The notes under the pieces were generated by a model. The model was not told where the DNA came from and did no database searches. It was given only the letters and a program-made list of their open reading frames with translations. The position numbers were made by a program, and so were the translations under genes. Of a stretch of 64,000 nt of DNA, positions 10,203-20,636 are shown piece after piece. The first letter of the stretch is position 1. Each line of letters begins with the position of its first letter. The stretch is from contig CAZGXN010000002.1 in the NCBI GenBank assembly GCA_964530135.1, positions 67,308 to 131,307 of the forward strand, given 5' to 3'. The stretch comes from an uncultured Bdellovibrionales bacterium (GTDB lineage Bacteria; Patescibacteriota; Minisyncoccia; Moranbacterales; UBA1568).

Positions 10203-10997
10203 TTAGTGGAGAGAAACCAGACGCTTGAACTCCTGATTGAAATCGATAAGAGCTTCCTCAAGCATCGGATGAAACTGCGACCGAAGATTCTTTTCGCGGA
10301 CATGAATACTGGCATCGAGGAGTGAATCATGGGTACCAACATCAAACCAGGCGCCCTCAATCACGCGGACATCAAGCTGATTTTTTCCGAGATAGTGATT
10401 GTGGATGTCGGTGATCTCTAACTCGCCCCGTGAAGAGGGTTGGAGTCCACGCGCAACCTCGACCACATCAGCATCATAGATATACAGCCCAGGGATCGCA
10501 AAATGACTCTTGGGTGATTTTGGTTTCTCAACAATCGACAGTACCTTACCCGTTACCGGATCAAACTCAACAACGCCAAAACGCTCTGGATCCGGCACGG
10601 CTTTCGCAAATACCCGACCACCACTCTCAAAACTTTGAATCGCTTCGATAAAATTGTCATCAAAAAGATTATCCCCCAAAATCATTGTGCAGGGACCATT
10701 GTCGATAAAGTCCTCTCCGAGAATAAAAGCTTCTGCCAACCCACGCGGTTCTTTCTGGACAACGAAAGAAATGTTGATTCCATATTTTCGGAGCAAAGAT
10801 CCAAGAAGGTTGAGATAATTTCCCGCATGCTCGGGAGAAACAATAATCAGGATATCTCGGATGCCGGCCGAAATGAGAGTATTGAGCGGATAGAAAATCA
10901 TTGGTCGATCGTACACCGGAAGAAGCTGCTTCGAGGCGATGGCCGTAAGCGGAAGGAGTCGGGTACCATTACCACCTGCGAGAATAATACCTTTCAT
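10203..10997 (-). CDS. rmlA: Glucose-1-phosphate thymidylyltransferase (RmlA family, short form).
   Basis: MKGIILAGGNGTRLLPLT...KQLLPVYDRPMIFYPL... nucleotidyltransferase signature. Confidence 0.8.
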   Translation of the reverse strand: MKGIILAGGNGTRLLPLTAIASKQLLPVYDRPMIFYPLNTLISAGIRDILIIVSPEHAGNYLNLLGSLLRKYGINISFVVQKEPRGLAEAFILGEDFIDNGPCTMILGDNLFDDNFIEAIQSFESGGRVFAKAVPDPERFGVVEFDPVTGKVLSIVEKPKSPKSHFAIPGLYIYDADVVEVARGLQPSSRGELEITDIHNHYLGKNQLDVRVIEGAWFDVGTHDSLLDASIHVREKNLRSQFHPMLEEALIDFNQEFKRLVSLH

Positions 10998-12241
10998 AGT
11001 TTTACATTCTTATAGACAGGGAACTGTTTACAGAGTCGCCGGACCTCTTGATGGACATGTTCCAATACAGCAACATCCCCATCGGATCGGAGCACTCTAT
11101 CGATCCACTGAGCGATCAATCGGACTTCTTTTTCCCGCATCCCCCGCGTCGTCAATGCTGGGACCCCGAGACGCAAGCCTGAAGGATCCATCGGGCCACG
11201 CGGATCATCCGGAATGATGTTTTTATTGACTGTGATGCCCGCCGCATCGAGGAGATGTTCTCCAGTCTTTCCGGACACGCCATGACTCGCAACGGTATCT
11301 ATGAGCACCATATGATTTTCCGTTCCGCCAAAGAGGATGGAAAATCCCCGTTTCCGCAATGCCTGTTCGAGAGCCTGAGCATTTTTCAGAATCTGTTTTC
11401 CGTAGCGCTTGAATTCTGGCCGCAGTGCCTCACCAAATGCAACCGCTTTCGCCGCGATCACATGCATATGCGGACCACCTTGAAGTCCTGGGAAAACTGC
11501 TTTATCAATTCTCTGGGCGATTTCCTTCCGACAGAGGATCAGTCCCCCACGCGGTCCCCGCAGCGTTTTGTGTGTCGTCGCCGTTACGACATCAAAATAG
11601 GGAATGGGACTAGGCACTACTTTCGCCGCAACCAAACCAGCAATATGGGCCATATCCATCATCGAGTAGGCCTTCACTCTGCCCGCGATCTTCTGAAACT
11701 GAGCGTAGTCAAGCTGGCGTGTATAGGAAGAAAATCCAGCCAGTAGGAGTTTCGGCTTTTCTTTCTTCGCCAACGCTTCAAGTTTCTGGTAATCAATTGA
11801 ACCATCAGGTTCTGTTTTGTAGCGAACAAACCGGTAAATTTTCGGCATGAGGGTTACGGGGTGACCATGCGTCAGATGACCGCCATGTGAGAGATCCATA
11901 CCCAGGATGGTATCGCCTGGTTCGAGCAAAGCCGAATAAACGGCAATGTTGGCAGGAGCACCTGAATGCGGCTGGACATTGGCATGTTCGGCACCAAACA
12001 ACTTCTTTGCGCGCTCAATCGCCAAAGTTTCTACTGCGTCGGTAAATGTTTGTCCGCCATAATAGCGCCGTCCGGGATACCCTTCAGCATATTTGTTCGT
12101 AAAAACACTTCCCAGAGTCTCAAGAATCGCTCGGGAAACATAATTTTCGGATGCAATAAGCTCAAGCCCTTCTTCTTCGCGACGAATCTCTCCTTGAATC
12201 AGGTCAGCTACCGTTGGGTCATGGAGGCGCAGTTGTTTCAT
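10994..12241 (-). CDS. glyA: Serine hydroxymethyltransferase.
   Basis: 415 aa, ...LIASENYVSRAILETLGSVFTNKYAEGYPGRRYYGG... and the PLP-lysine region THKTLRGPRGG. Confidence 0.95.
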   Translation of the reverse strand: MKQLRLHDPTVADLIQGEIRREEEGLELIASENYVSRAILETLGSVFTNKYAEGYPGRRYYGGQTFTDAVETLAIERAKKLFGAEHANVQPHSGAPANIAVYSALLEPGDTILGMDLSHGGHLTHGHPVTLMPKIYRFVRYKTEPDGSIDYQKLEALAKKEKPKLLLAGFSSYTRQLDYAQFQKIAGRVKAYSMMDMAHIAGLVAAKVVPSPIPYFDVVTATTHKTLRGPRGGLILCRKEIAQRIDKAVFPGLQGGPHMHVIAAKAVAFGEALRPEFKRYGKQILKNAQALEQALRKRGFSILFGGTENHMVLIDTVASHGVSGKTGEHLLDAAGITVNKNIIPDDPRGPMDPSGLRLGVPALTTRGMREKEVRLIAQWIDRVLRSDGDVAVLEHVHQEVRRLCKQFPVYKNVKL

Positions 12242-13131
12242 AGCGAAGGGAAAAAGTTTTCTAAAAATTCTCTGAGTGCTTCTGTATAGAATCGTTGCTT
12301 CGGCCGCTTTGTATTGATGAGCACTGAGGTATGCGGTCGTTGCGCCGGTCGAGGAAAGCCCTGGCTCGTAACCGGAATAACTTCTGTTTTAAATCCCGCC
12401 TGCCGGAAAAGCTCAAGCGCAGCCTGAAACCAAGTTGCTCCGCCTTCATTGGGCAAGTGATAAATACCTGGTGCCGCCTCCTCTTCAACAAGCTCGCGTG
12501 TCGCCCGAGCGAGATCGGGTGCATAGGTGAAACAACTCTTCTCATCATCAACCACCTTGACGCTCGGAGCCGTCTTTGCCTGCGTCAGCATAATCTCAAA
12601 AAAACTACGCTTGCCAAGCTTAGAGACAGCCGGTTCGCCAAACAATTTGGAGAGACGGATGAGATAGGCCTTGCCACCAGCGTTGAGAACCGCCTTCTCG
12701 CCTTCATGTTTCGAAGTCCCATACCGTGAAATTGGGTTTGGCTGGGCGTCCTCAGGGTACCCGTCAATGGCTGTTCCGTCAAAGACATAGTCCGTCGAAT
12801 AGTGAACAAAAGGGATGTCCTGCGCGGCCGAAAAACGGGCGAGGTAGCCTGGAACATCGCGGTTCAAAATGAGCGCTTTCCGGTATTCCTCATCATCCGT
12901 CTCGCAGTCATCAACGACATTATAGGCCGCTGCATTCACGATGATGTCTGGAGCGAACCGAGCGATTTTCTCCAGTGCGGTAGTCTCTTCTGCAAGATCA
13001 ATCTCGGCAATGTCCCAAAGCCCAAGCTCATAGCCGGCCAAGCGGAACTCCTGCCCGAGCGCCTGACCAAGCATACCTTTCGCCCCGAGTATAAGGGCTT
13101 TCTTCCGCGGTTTCGACTGTGTTCCATCCAT
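12238..13131 (-). CDS. rmlD: dTDP-4-dehydrorhamnose reductase.
   Basis: KALILGAKGMLGQAL... Rossmann N-terminus, 297 aa, RmlD-like architecture. Confidence 0.8.
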   Translation of the reverse strand: MDGTQSKPRKKALILGAKGMLGQALGQEFRLAGYELGLWDIAEIDLAEETTALEKIARFAPDIIVNAAAYNVVDDCETDDEEYRKALILNRDVPGYLARFSAAQDIPFVHYSTDYVFDGTAIDGYPEDAQPNPISRYGTSKHEGEKAVLNAGGKAYLIRLSKLFGEPAVSKLGKRSFFEIMLTQAKTAPSVKVVDDEKSCFTYAPDLARATRELVEEEAAPGIYHLPNEGGATWFQAALELFRQAGFKTEVIPVTSQGFPRPAQRPHTSVLINTKRPKQRFYTEALREFLENFFPSL

Positions 13132-13251
13132 ATGTTCTCATTATAGCAAACTCATTTCCCCACCATATCCAACGCCTACAGTGCACATGATGCCCTCTCA
13201 AACGCAGAATGGTCGCTTTCATGAATCAGCCAGATAACTTAAGAAACTCTA

Positions 13252-14250
13252 TTATTCATACTGCTCCGCGTAATATTTCTGATACTCCCCGCTTTTCACG
13301 CGCTGCCACCAGGCTTCATTATTCTTGAACCACTCCACAGTCTTAGCGAGACCTTCTTCGAGCGTTACCGTCGGCTCCCAACCAAGTTCGGATTTGATCT
13401 TAGAAAAATTAATCGCATAGCGCCGATCATGACCCAGCCGGTCTTTCACATATTCAATCGATGACTCGTCTTTCTCGAGAAGTTCAAGAAGTTTCTTCAC
13501 AATCCAGACATTCTTCTGCTCACCAGCACCGCCGATGCAGTAGGTTTCTCCAATCTTTCCTCGCTCAAGGATGAGTGCGATCGCGCGGCAATGATCCTCC
13601 ACATAGAGCCAATCACGGACCTGTGTCCCATCACCATACACCGGCACCTTTTTCCCCTCGAGGAGATTGGTAATCGCGAGCGGGATGAGCTTTTCGGGAA
13701 AATGGTACGGGCCATAATTGTTCGAGCAATTGGAAATCGTCATTGGTAGGCCATAGGTGTGGTAGTAGGCCCGAACAAGGTGGTCTGAACTAGCCTTGGA
13801 GGCACTGTAGGGACTCCGCGGATCATAAGGAGTAGTTTCATCAAAAGCCGGGTCTGTTGGAGCCAGTGAGCCAAAAACTTCATCAGTCGAGACATGATGA
13901 AAGCGCTTGCTATACTTTCGGGCCGCTTCGAGAAGGGTGAATGTCCCGAAGATATTCGTCCGGACGAAAGCTTCGGGACCGAGGATGGACCGGTCGACAT
14001 GGCTCTCGGCAGCAAAGTGCACGATCATGTCGCACTCAGCCACAAGCGAATCAACCATATTCGCGTCGGTGATATCCCCTTTCACGAAACGATAGCGCGA
14101 TTCATCTTCAAGTGTGGCGAGATTTTCAAGATTGCCAGCATAGGTCAGCACATCGAGATTCACAACTTCAGCGTCGGGGGACGCTTGGAGAATGTGGTGA
14201 ATGAAATTAGAACCGATGAACCCGGCGCCGCCGGTAACGAGCAGTTTCAT
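13252..14250 (-). CDS. rmlB: dTDP-glucose 4,6-dehydratase; start at the internal MKLLVTGG.
   Basis: [21 protein letters not shown]... plus [15 protein letters not shown] catalytic motif; the 5' extension of track ORF 13252..14451 would overlap rmlC. Confidence 0.9.
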   Translation of the reverse strand: MKLLVTGGAGFIGSNFIHHILQASPDAEVVNLDVLTYAGNLENLATLEDESRYRFVKGDITDANMVDSLVAECDMIVHFAAESHVDRSILGPEAFVRTNIFGTFTLLEAARKYSKRFHHVSTDEVFGSLAPTDPAFDETTPYDPRSPYSASKASSDHLVRAYYHTYGLPMTISNCSNNYGPYHFPEKLIPLAITNLLEGKKVPVYGDGTQVRDWLYVEDHCRAIALILERGKIGETYCIGGAGEQKNVWIVKKLLELLEKDESSIEYVKDRLGHDRRYAINFSKIKSELGWEPTVTLEEGLAKTVEWFKNNEAWWQRVKSGEYQKYYAEQYE

Positions 14251-14254
14251 GCGT

Positions 14255-14809
14255 CTAGCTGTTAAAAGTGAATTCTTGAGTAATCTCTGAAAGCAGTGGA
14301 TGTACCCGATCCTTCTCTGAGACGATCGGATCTGGTGTGCCCCACTCGATTCCGATTGCTGGATCATTATAGCGGATGCCACGATCGTGTTCCTTGGAGT
14401 ACGGCGCCGTACACTTGTAGGCAAAGAGAGTATCATCTTCGAGACTAACAAAACCGTGGGCGAAACCAGCCGGTATCCAAAATTGTTTATGATTCTCGGC
14501 TGAGAGTTCTACAGCAACATATTTCCCAAAGGTAGGAGACCCAAAACGAATATCGACGGCCACATCCAACACCCGCCCCTGCAGGACTGAGACAAGCTTG
14601 CCCTGGGCGAATGGCGGTGCCTGATAGTGCAGCCCGCGCAAGACTCCTCGCTTCGACACCGAGAGATTATCCTGGATGAATTCTTCAGTGATCCCCGCCT
14701 CGCGATATCGATCGCGGCTATAGGTCTCCATGAAACATCCCCGCTCATCGGGAAAAATCTGCGGTTCGATGATGAGAAGCCCAGGAACAGGAGTTTTTTG
14801 GATGTTCAT
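14255..14809 (-). CDS. rmlC: dTDP-4-dehydrorhamnose 3,5-epimerase.
   Basis: 184 aa cupin; [21 protein letters not shown]... and RGLHYQ motif. Confidence 0.9.
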   Translation of the reverse strand: MNIQKTPVPGLLIIEPQIFPDERGCFMETYSRDRYREAGITEEFIQDNLSVSKRGVLRGLHYQAPPFAQGKLVSVLQGRVLDVAVDIRFGSPTFGKYVAVELSAENHKQFWIPAGFAHGFVSLEDDTLFAYKCTAPYSKEHDRGIRYNDPAIGIEWGTPDPIVSEKDRVHPLLSEITQEFTFNS

Positions 14810-14861
14810 ACTCTCTATATCTCGTCAATGGAATGTCTCCATCCTAGCGCATCCAGCCGAA

Positions 14862-14905
14862 ACGAAAAAGCGCCCCTTCTTCGACTGTGCTGAGGGCGCC
14901 TTTTT
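14862..14905 (-). terminator. Rho-independent terminator closing the dcw/KH operon (hairpin is symmetric, possibly bidirectional).
   Basis: GC stem gcgcccc...gggcgc with ~17-nt loop flanked by an A-run on plus and T-run on minus, just downstream of the KH gene stop. Confidence 0.5.
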
Positions 14906-14911
14906 GTTTGG

Positions 14912-15301
14912 CTAGATCTTGATGTCGTTCATCACGTCCTCTAATGAGCGCGGAGCTGGCGTCGGCTGGACCACATGCTCAAACGGCTCATTCGGACTTA
15001 CAGACGCCTCCGTCTCAGGTTTTCGCTCTCGTCGGGCACCACCTTCTGGTTCATTGATCTTCAAATTGACCCGCGCACTATTCCGCGCACCGATAACACG
15101 GAGCAGTGTTCGGAGGGCCTTGGCCGTCATGCCTTCCCGACCGATCACCATGCCCATATCGTCCGCATGAACATCCAGTGTGATAAGTACACCCATTTCA
15201 TCGACTTTACGCTCAACCTTTACGCTGTCTGGGTTGTCGACCAACATCTTTACAACATATTCAACAAATTCCCTGTCTCGTGCTTCGTCTGTCATACACA
15301 T
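14912..15301 (-). CDS. KH-domain RNA-binding protein (KhpA/YlqC-like) with ~50-aa C-terminal extension.
   Basis: ...VLITLDVHADDMGMVIGREGMTAKALRTLLRVIG... GXXG KH motif. Confidence 0.7.
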   Translation of the reverse strand: MCMTDEARDREFVEYVVKMLVDNPDSVKVERKVDEMGVLITLDVHADDMGMVIGREGMTAKALRTLLRVIGARNSARVNLKINEPEGGARRERKPETEASVSPNEPFEHVVQPTPAPRSLEDVMNDIKI

Positions 15302-15380
15302 CCTAAAGGTAATGTGGGTTAAGGGCTACATATACATTTTATGCCAAGCGAAATGAAAATTCAATCTTTTGTCCAGTCTA

Positions 15381-16703
15381 CTAGTGCCATTCGGCCGGTG
15401 CCGTAAAAGGTGTCGAGCGCCAGGCAGTGGATTGGCGACAGAGTAATCGGTGCATATCCTTTTGACTTTGCTTACCCAATAGTGCCGCCACAATGAATTC
15501 CATACGCACACCCTGAGACCCCTTCACCAGAACCAGATCATCGGGACGAATCAGTTCATTCAACTGCGCACACGCTGTGTACGGATCGGGAAAATAGGCA
15601 ATGCCCTTTTCGGGAAAATTGGTGCCACGCAGTGCATCCACAAGAAAGCGCATATGCTGACCGACACCGATAAACACTGTTGCACCACTCGCAATAACCG
15701 CATCCCGCAATGAGCGGTGTGCCACACCGGTATCGCTTCCAATCTCAAGCATATCGCCGAGCACAACAACCTTGCGAGGGGCGATGAGTTCACGGAGTGT
15801 CGCGAGTGCAGCCTGAGTAGAAACAACCGAGGCATTATAAGTGTCGTCGATAATACGGACATTTGCGTCTCCCACAAGAAAATTCATTCGACCGGTAGGT
15901 GGCTTAAACTCGGACAATGCGGAAGCGATATCGACTAAGTTTATCCGAAGTGCTGTACCCACTGCTGCAGCCGCAAGAACCGCTGACAGGTGATGTCGAG
16001 CGATCACATGCGGCAACCGGACAGGAATACTCTTACCGTTAACATTGAGTTTGAACGAAAGACCTTCAACGCGGCTACCCTCCTGAAGCAGCCGGATATT
16101 GTCAGCTGAAAGTGTCGCTGTGGGAGTGAGGCCATATGAGATTATCTTGGCTCGGGTTCGTTCATTCTGTTGCATCACTCGCTCATCATCCGCATTGAGA
16201 ACGGCGCACCCGTCCTCTCCCAAAGCCGCAATAATCTTTCCCTTTTCTACAGCAATCTGTTCAAGATTTTCAAAATTTGCCAGATGGCTTTCGGCAATCC
16301 GCGTCAAGACCGCTACATCAGGCCGAACAATGCTGAGTAAATAATCCATGTCGCCAGGATGATCCACACCCATCTCCACAATAAGCACCTCGGGATACGA
16401 TTCGAATCGAAGAGAAATCGCACATGCATGAAAAACTGCACCACACCAACGCAATAGAGATCGTCCAGGATTCGAGATTCCCAGAATCGCTAACGGAAGA
16501 CCAAATTCATTATTATAATTTCCAGGTGAAGAGCGAATGGAATAATTTTTTGCGACTACAAGCGCAATCGCCTCCTTGGCCGAGCTTTTCCCAACTGAAC
16601 CAGTGATACCAACCACAATGGGTTTGCGAGATTTGATCACCAGCCGTGCCAAAAAACCAAGTGCGTGCGCAAATTTTCTTTTCCACCGTGTTTGTAGTGT
16701 CAT
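15381..16703 (-). CDS. murF: UDP-N-acetylmuramoyl-tripeptide--D-alanyl-D-alanine ligase.
   Basis: IVVGITGSVGKSSAKEAIALVV... P-loop, Mur ligase domain order, 440 aa. Confidence 0.85.
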   Translation of the reverse strand: MTLQTRWKRKFAHALGFLARLVIKSRKPIVVGITGSVGKSSAKEAIALVVAKNYSIRSSPGNYNNEFGLPLAILGISNPGRSLLRWCGAVFHACAISLRFESYPEVLIVEMGVDHPGDMDYLLSIVRPDVAVLTRIAESHLANFENLEQIAVEKGKIIAALGEDGCAVLNADDERVMQQNERTRAKIISYGLTPTATLSADNIRLLQEGSRVEGLSFKLNVNGKSIPVRLPHVIARHHLSAVLAAAAVGTALRINLVDIASALSEFKPPTGRMNFLVGDANVRIIDDTYNASVVSTQAALATLRELIAPRKVVVLGDMLEIGSDTGVAHRSLRDAVIASGATVFIGVGQHMRFLVDALRGTNFPEKGIAYFPDPYTACAQLNELIRPDDLVLVKGSQGVRMEFIVAALLGKQSQKDMHRLLCRQSTAWRSTPFTAPAEWH

Positions 16704-18475
16704 AATCCAGTATTACCTATCGGTTCAGTCGTCGGTACTTTAGCATAGGATAAAAGAAACTGCATGATCGCACCAAAGGTTGGTGCTGCACTCGACTCAG
16801 CCCACTGGACATCTTTCGGATTATCAAACTTGACCACGACGACAAAGCGTGGATCATTCAGTGGCGCATACCCAGCAAAAGAACCGATTGTTATGTTTTC
16901 ATCATACCCTTTCGACCCCGATTTGGAGACTTGGGCTGTCCCCGTCTTACCACCGACGAGATACCCCGGAACATTGGCACGCTTACCATGTCCATTCACG
17001 ACAACACTCCGCAACATCTCACTTATTTTCTGGGCTGTATCCTGAGAGAGTACTCGCCGAATTTCCTCAGGCTTTATTGGTTGTTCTTCACCTGACTGAT
17101 TGATGATCCGATCAACGATCTGCGGACGCATGAGAATCCCATTATTGGCAAATACACCATACGCCATCGCGAGCTGAAGCGGTGTTACCGTGATCCCCTG
17201 GCCGAAAGAAGCTGTCATAAACTGAATGGTCGACCGAAGATTATCGAGATTACGGAGATTCCCTCCATGTTCAGCCGGCAGACGAATACCAGTTTTCGAA
17301 CCAAAACCAAATTTGTAAAGATAGTCCCGAAATACCGCATGACCGACGAGACGCTCGACATACATCACTCCCGTATTGATTGACTCATCCAATACTCGTG
17401 TCATACTGCTCCGACCATACACCTTTCCCTCTGCATTCCGAATATTGTATCCACTTTCACGAACCACACCAGGATCGACAAATTCCGTTGTCGGACTCAC
17501 CTTACCTTCTTCAATGCCAATAGCCATCGTGATCGGCTTCATGACTGATCCCGACTCATACGGGAAACTCACCAGTGGATTGATGAACAATCCTTGATCT
17601 TCAATTTTTCCATACTCATTTGGATTAAATTGTGGCACACTCGCCAGAGCGAGGATCTTCCCCGTTTTTGGTTCAAGCACGATCGCTGAAGCCGTATCAG
17701 CATTAAATTTTTCTCGCGATTCGGAAAGAATTTTTTCGACCTCATACTGAATAGTATGGTCGATAGTCAAGACAAGATTTGCGCCATCTTCTGGCGCGAG
17801 GTATTCGCGATCAGTTAACGAAATCCATCGACCGGCCGCGTCACGTTCCTGAGACAGGGTACCATCTTGACCCCGTAACTCGGAGTCCCACGCTGCCTCG
17901 ATACCGTACATACCGAGTTCGCCGGTATCACTCGGACGAACAAATCCGATAACCTTTGAAGCGAGTTCGTTCGCAGAATAATATCGGTATACCTCCGGAA
18001 GAAAATCCACTCCACGGAGACGGAGCTCTCTGAGTTTTTCTTCCTCGGCAGGAGTTATCTTTTTCTTGATAATTTCAAAAGGATCAGATCGATCCGAAAG
18101 ACGATCACGAACCATGCGCTCTTCCACTCCGAGTACTGAGGAAAGTGCGAGAGCCGTTCCAGGAATGTCCTCCACTAATTTCGGGACAACATAGACAAGT
18201 TTGTATTCTCGATTGACTGCCACTGGATAGGGAACATCCCCGTCCCGCAACGCGATACTGCCCCGCTCCGACCGGAGCGCCTGCGCCACTATATGCTGAT
18301 CTTCAGCAATCGCGACCCATTTCTCATGACTGAGAATTTGTAGATTATACAGTCGAAGAATGATGAGACAACCCATGAACACCAGCGCGCCACAAAAAAA
18401 ATACAGCCGCCACGACGGGGCAGCGTTCAACAAACGCGTAGTTTGTGAATGTAAGGATCGACGAACAACGGACAT
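16700..18475 (-). CDS. ftsI: Peptidoglycan D,D-transpeptidase (class B PBP, FtsI/PBP2).
   Basis: 591 aa; N-terminal TM, dimerisation domain, transpeptidase motifs SVMK (SxxK) and KTGTA. Confidence 0.85.
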   Translation of the reverse strand: MSVVRRSLHSQTTRLLNAAPSWRLYFFCGALVFMGCLIILRLYNLQILSHEKWVAIAEDQHIVAQALRSERGSIALRDGDVPYPVAVNREYKLVYVVPKLVEDIPGTALALSSVLGVEERMVRDRLSDRSDPFEIIKKKITPAEEEKLRELRLRGVDFLPEVYRYYSANELASKVIGFVRPSDTGELGMYGIEAAWDSELRGQDGTLSQERDAAGRWISLTDREYLAPEDGANLVLTIDHTIQYEVEKILSESREKFNADTASAIVLEPKTGKILALASVPQFNPNEYGKIEDQGLFINPLVSFPYESGSVMKPITMAIGIEEGKVSPTTEFVDPGVVRESGYNIRNAEGKVYGRSSMTRVLDESINTGVMYVERLVGHAVFRDYLYKFGFGSKTGIRLPAEHGGNLRNLDNLRSTIQFMTASFGQGITVTPLQLAMAYGVFANNGILMRPQIVDRIINQSGEEQPIKPEEIRRVLSQDTAQKISEMLRSVVVNGHGKRANVPGYLVGGKTGTAQVSKSGSKGYDENITIGSFAGYAPLNDPRFVVVVKFDNPKDVQWAESSAAPTFGAIMQFLLSYAKVPTTEPIGNTGL

Positions 18476-18486
18476 AGCGGCAAAGA

Positions 18487-18840
18487 TCAGTGGAGGGCAA
18501 TCGTGTTTGTACGCGCCGTTATCACGGTCGTGGGTTCAGCCTTTTCCATTCGAAGCTCAACACTTCCGGCTTCGACAAGCTGTAGAGATTTTGCCTCAGC
18601 TTCTTGAACACGTAATTCAGTATTCACTTTTTTTAATGCCTTCAGTTCTTTTTCGAGCGTCCGGATAGCATAGCCCTGAACAGCTCCCCGATTAACTGTA
18701 TACACATACAGACCGGCCGAAAGAAGTGAGAGTCCGATCAAGACAACCACGGCCACATGGATCGCTCCAATATATGCCTCGACCCGATGAGCCCGGGATG
18801 ATTTTCTCTGTAGACTGAGATGCTCAGGAGAGAGACGCAT
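18487..18840 (-). CDS. ftsL: Putative FtsL-like cell-division protein (TM plus coiled coil); start at the internal MRLSPEH.
   Basis: Position between rsmH and ftsI; small bitopic protein IGAIHVAVVVLIGLSLLSAGLYVYTV followed by a coiled coil. Confidence 0.5.
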   Translation of the reverse strand: MRLSPEHLSLQRKSSRAHRVEAYIGAIHVAVVVLIGLSLLSAGLYVYTVNRGAVQGYAIRTLEKELKALKKVNTELRVQEAEAKSLQLVEAGSVELRMEKAEPTTVITARTNTIALH

Positions 18841-18857
18841 AAATATGTTTTTTATTT

Positions 18858-19817
18858 TTATTTTTTCAATCGTTCGACAATCCGTACTTTTGCACTGCGC
18901 GCCCGAGGATTTGATTGAATCTCTGTTTGATCTGGTACAAGTGGTTTTTTGGTAACCCAGCAAAGTGTCGGATGATCCGAGCGAATATGTTTTTGGGACA
19001 GATGCTTGACCATCGCATCTTCACCGGAGTGAAAAGTAACGAAGGCCGCCCGACCACCTGGCCGGAGAGCCAGAGGAAGAGCAGTGAGCAGGCGCTCGAG
19101 ATGGGTGTGTTCGCTATTGACTGCTATCCGGAGCGCTTGAAACACCTTGGTCGCCGGATGAATCTTGGCGCGACGGCGAGCTGGTACGACATTTCCCCAA
19201 ATGAGTTCACGGAGTTCGATTGTCGTTGTGAGCGGTGCCAACTGTCGAGCCGAGATGATCGCGCGCGCGAGACGCTGAGCCTCTGGTTCATCACCATATG
19301 TCTGAAAGAGATCTGTGAGTGCTGCTTCATCCCACTGATTGAGGATATGAGCCGCCTGGACAGTCTCGTCAGAATTAAGTCGCATGTCGAGCGGTCCGTC
19401 GAGCTGAAAGCTGATACCACGTTTTGGGTCAGCCAGTTGATCACTCGAAAGTCCCAGATCAGCAACCAGCGCATCAGCCCCATCCCAACCATATTTCTGA
19501 AGCACCTCCAGAATGCTGTCGTATGACACTCGAACGAGGATGAGTCTCTTCGTTTCGAGCGCTGCTTTCAGGCGTGGTTCTTGAGCGGCTTGATCTCGGA
19601 AACGATCGATTGCGGCCCGATCCCAATCCAACGCGATGACTTGACCAGTCGGTCCAACCTGATCCAACAGCGCGCGTGTATACCCTCCACCACCGAGAGT
19701 CGCGTCCATTACCCGCATTCCGGGTACTAATTCAAGGGCGCTCAACACTGCACCGAGCATGACCGGTGTGTGCCCTGTATGTATCTGTTCCATATTGTTG
19801 AGGTACGCTTTCTTCAC
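18858..19817 (-). CDS. rsmH: 16S rRNA (cytosine1402-N4)-methyltransferase RsmH/MraW.
   Basis: HTPVMLGAVLSALELVPGMRVMDATLGGGGYTRALL... SAM motif. Confidence 0.9.
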   Translation of the reverse strand: MKKAYLNNMEQIHTGHTPVMLGAVLSALELVPGMRVMDATLGGGGYTRALLDQVGPTGQVIALDWDRAAIDRFRDQAAQEPRLKAALETKRLILVRVSYDSILEVLQKYGWDGADALVADLGLSSDQLADPKRGISFQLDGPLDMRLNSDETVQAAHILNQWDEAALTDLFQTYGDEPEAQRLARAIISARQLAPLTTTIELRELIWGNVVPARRRAKIHPATKVFQALRIAVNSEHTHLERLLTALPLALRPGGRAAFVTFHSGEDAMVKHLSQKHIRSDHPTLCWVTKKPLVPDQTEIQSNPRARSAKVRIVERLKK

Positions 19818-20251
19818 TAGTACACCCCGAGTTTACCGAGTTCGTTCGCAATTTTTTCGGTATTCTTTTCCGCTTGGTGTTTGTATTTCTGCCACTCTTT
19901 TACATCCCAGATTTCAAGTCGGTTATATAAACCAACTACCGTAACCTCTTTCGACAATCCCGCCTCCCGCTTGAGGTACTCGGGAATGAGGATACGACCC
20001 TGAGCATCGAACTCGACATCTGTCGCACCCGACAACATGAGTCGGATGAAGCTCCGCGTTCCAGTCTCGCCGACTGGTAGCGATCCGAGCTTACCAGCGA
20101 GTTCTTCCCATACCTTCATTGGATAGACAAAGAGTGAACGGTCGAGTCCGCGGGTAATGACAACCCGAGCTCCGAGCTCTCCGCGAAACTTCGACGGCAA
20201 GGCCAGACGCTTTTTCGGATCAATCGAATGCTGATACTCGCCGATGAACAT
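19817..20251 (-). CDS. mraZ: Transcriptional regulator MraZ.
   Basis: MFIGEYQHSIDPKKRLALPSKFR... duplicated SpoVT/AbrB-like halves, 144 aa. Confidence 0.9.
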   Translation of the reverse strand: MFIGEYQHSIDPKKRLALPSKFRGELGARVVITRGLDRSLFVYPMKVWEELAGKLGSLPVGETGTRSFIRLMLSGATDVEFDAQGRILIPEYLKREAGLSKEVTVVGLYNRLEIWDVKEWQKYKHQAEKNTEKIANELGKLGVY

Positions 20252-20340
20252 ATACGTAAAACTTTATTTGAACACCGGCCAACAGCACCGTCTCTCGAGG
20301 CGTGGAAAAACCGAACAGGCAAAGTACTTTCGTGAAATTC

Positions 20341-20390
20341 ACCACATTTCACCACTTCACTGTTCTTAATACCCATTCTATTCCACTTTC
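20341..20390 (-). promoter_or_regulatory. Direct repeats upstream of mraZ, candidate MraZ operator boxes.
   Basis: Plus-strand caccacattt/caccacttca (minus GTGGTGAA x2) at an exact 10-bp period plus a third ccactt ~30 bp away, 90-140 nt upstream of the mraZ start. Confidence 0.35.
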
Positions 20391-20417
20391 AGAAAATCTG
20401 CAAATACCCTTTAAAAA

Positions 20418-20450
20418 AGCCAAAAAACGCCGGTCTAACGGCGCCTATAA
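20418..20450 (-). terminator. Rho-independent terminator (second of two) downstream of pepA.
   Basis: Minus-strand ggcgccgttagaccggcg hairpin followed by ttttttggctttttt. Confidence 0.5.
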
Positions 20451-20469
20451 AGGGCTATCCTAGAAAATT

Positions 20470-20510
20470 ATCTAAAAAAGAAAAGAGAGGTGCAGCGTTG
20501 TGCAACCTCA
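20470..20510 (-). terminator. Rho-independent terminator downstream of pepA.
   Basis: Minus-strand gaggttgcacaacgctgcacctc hairpin followed by tcttttctttttt. Confidence 0.5.
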
Positions 20511-20636
20511 TCTCGCGAGTGCCGGTCCTTCCACGGGACCAAGTATTGGGGCGTCAGTGAGACAATAGCTGGTGTAATGGTGGAAGAATCTTGGCACTTC
20601 CAGTATACAACAGGGAGAGAAATCTGCAAAGACCCG

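Noticed and set aside
20252-20420. Possibility that the mraZ upstream repeats are a CRISPR-like or mobile-element repeat.
   Set aside because: There are only three short copies at 10-bp phasing directly upstream of mraZ. This fits an operator and not an array.
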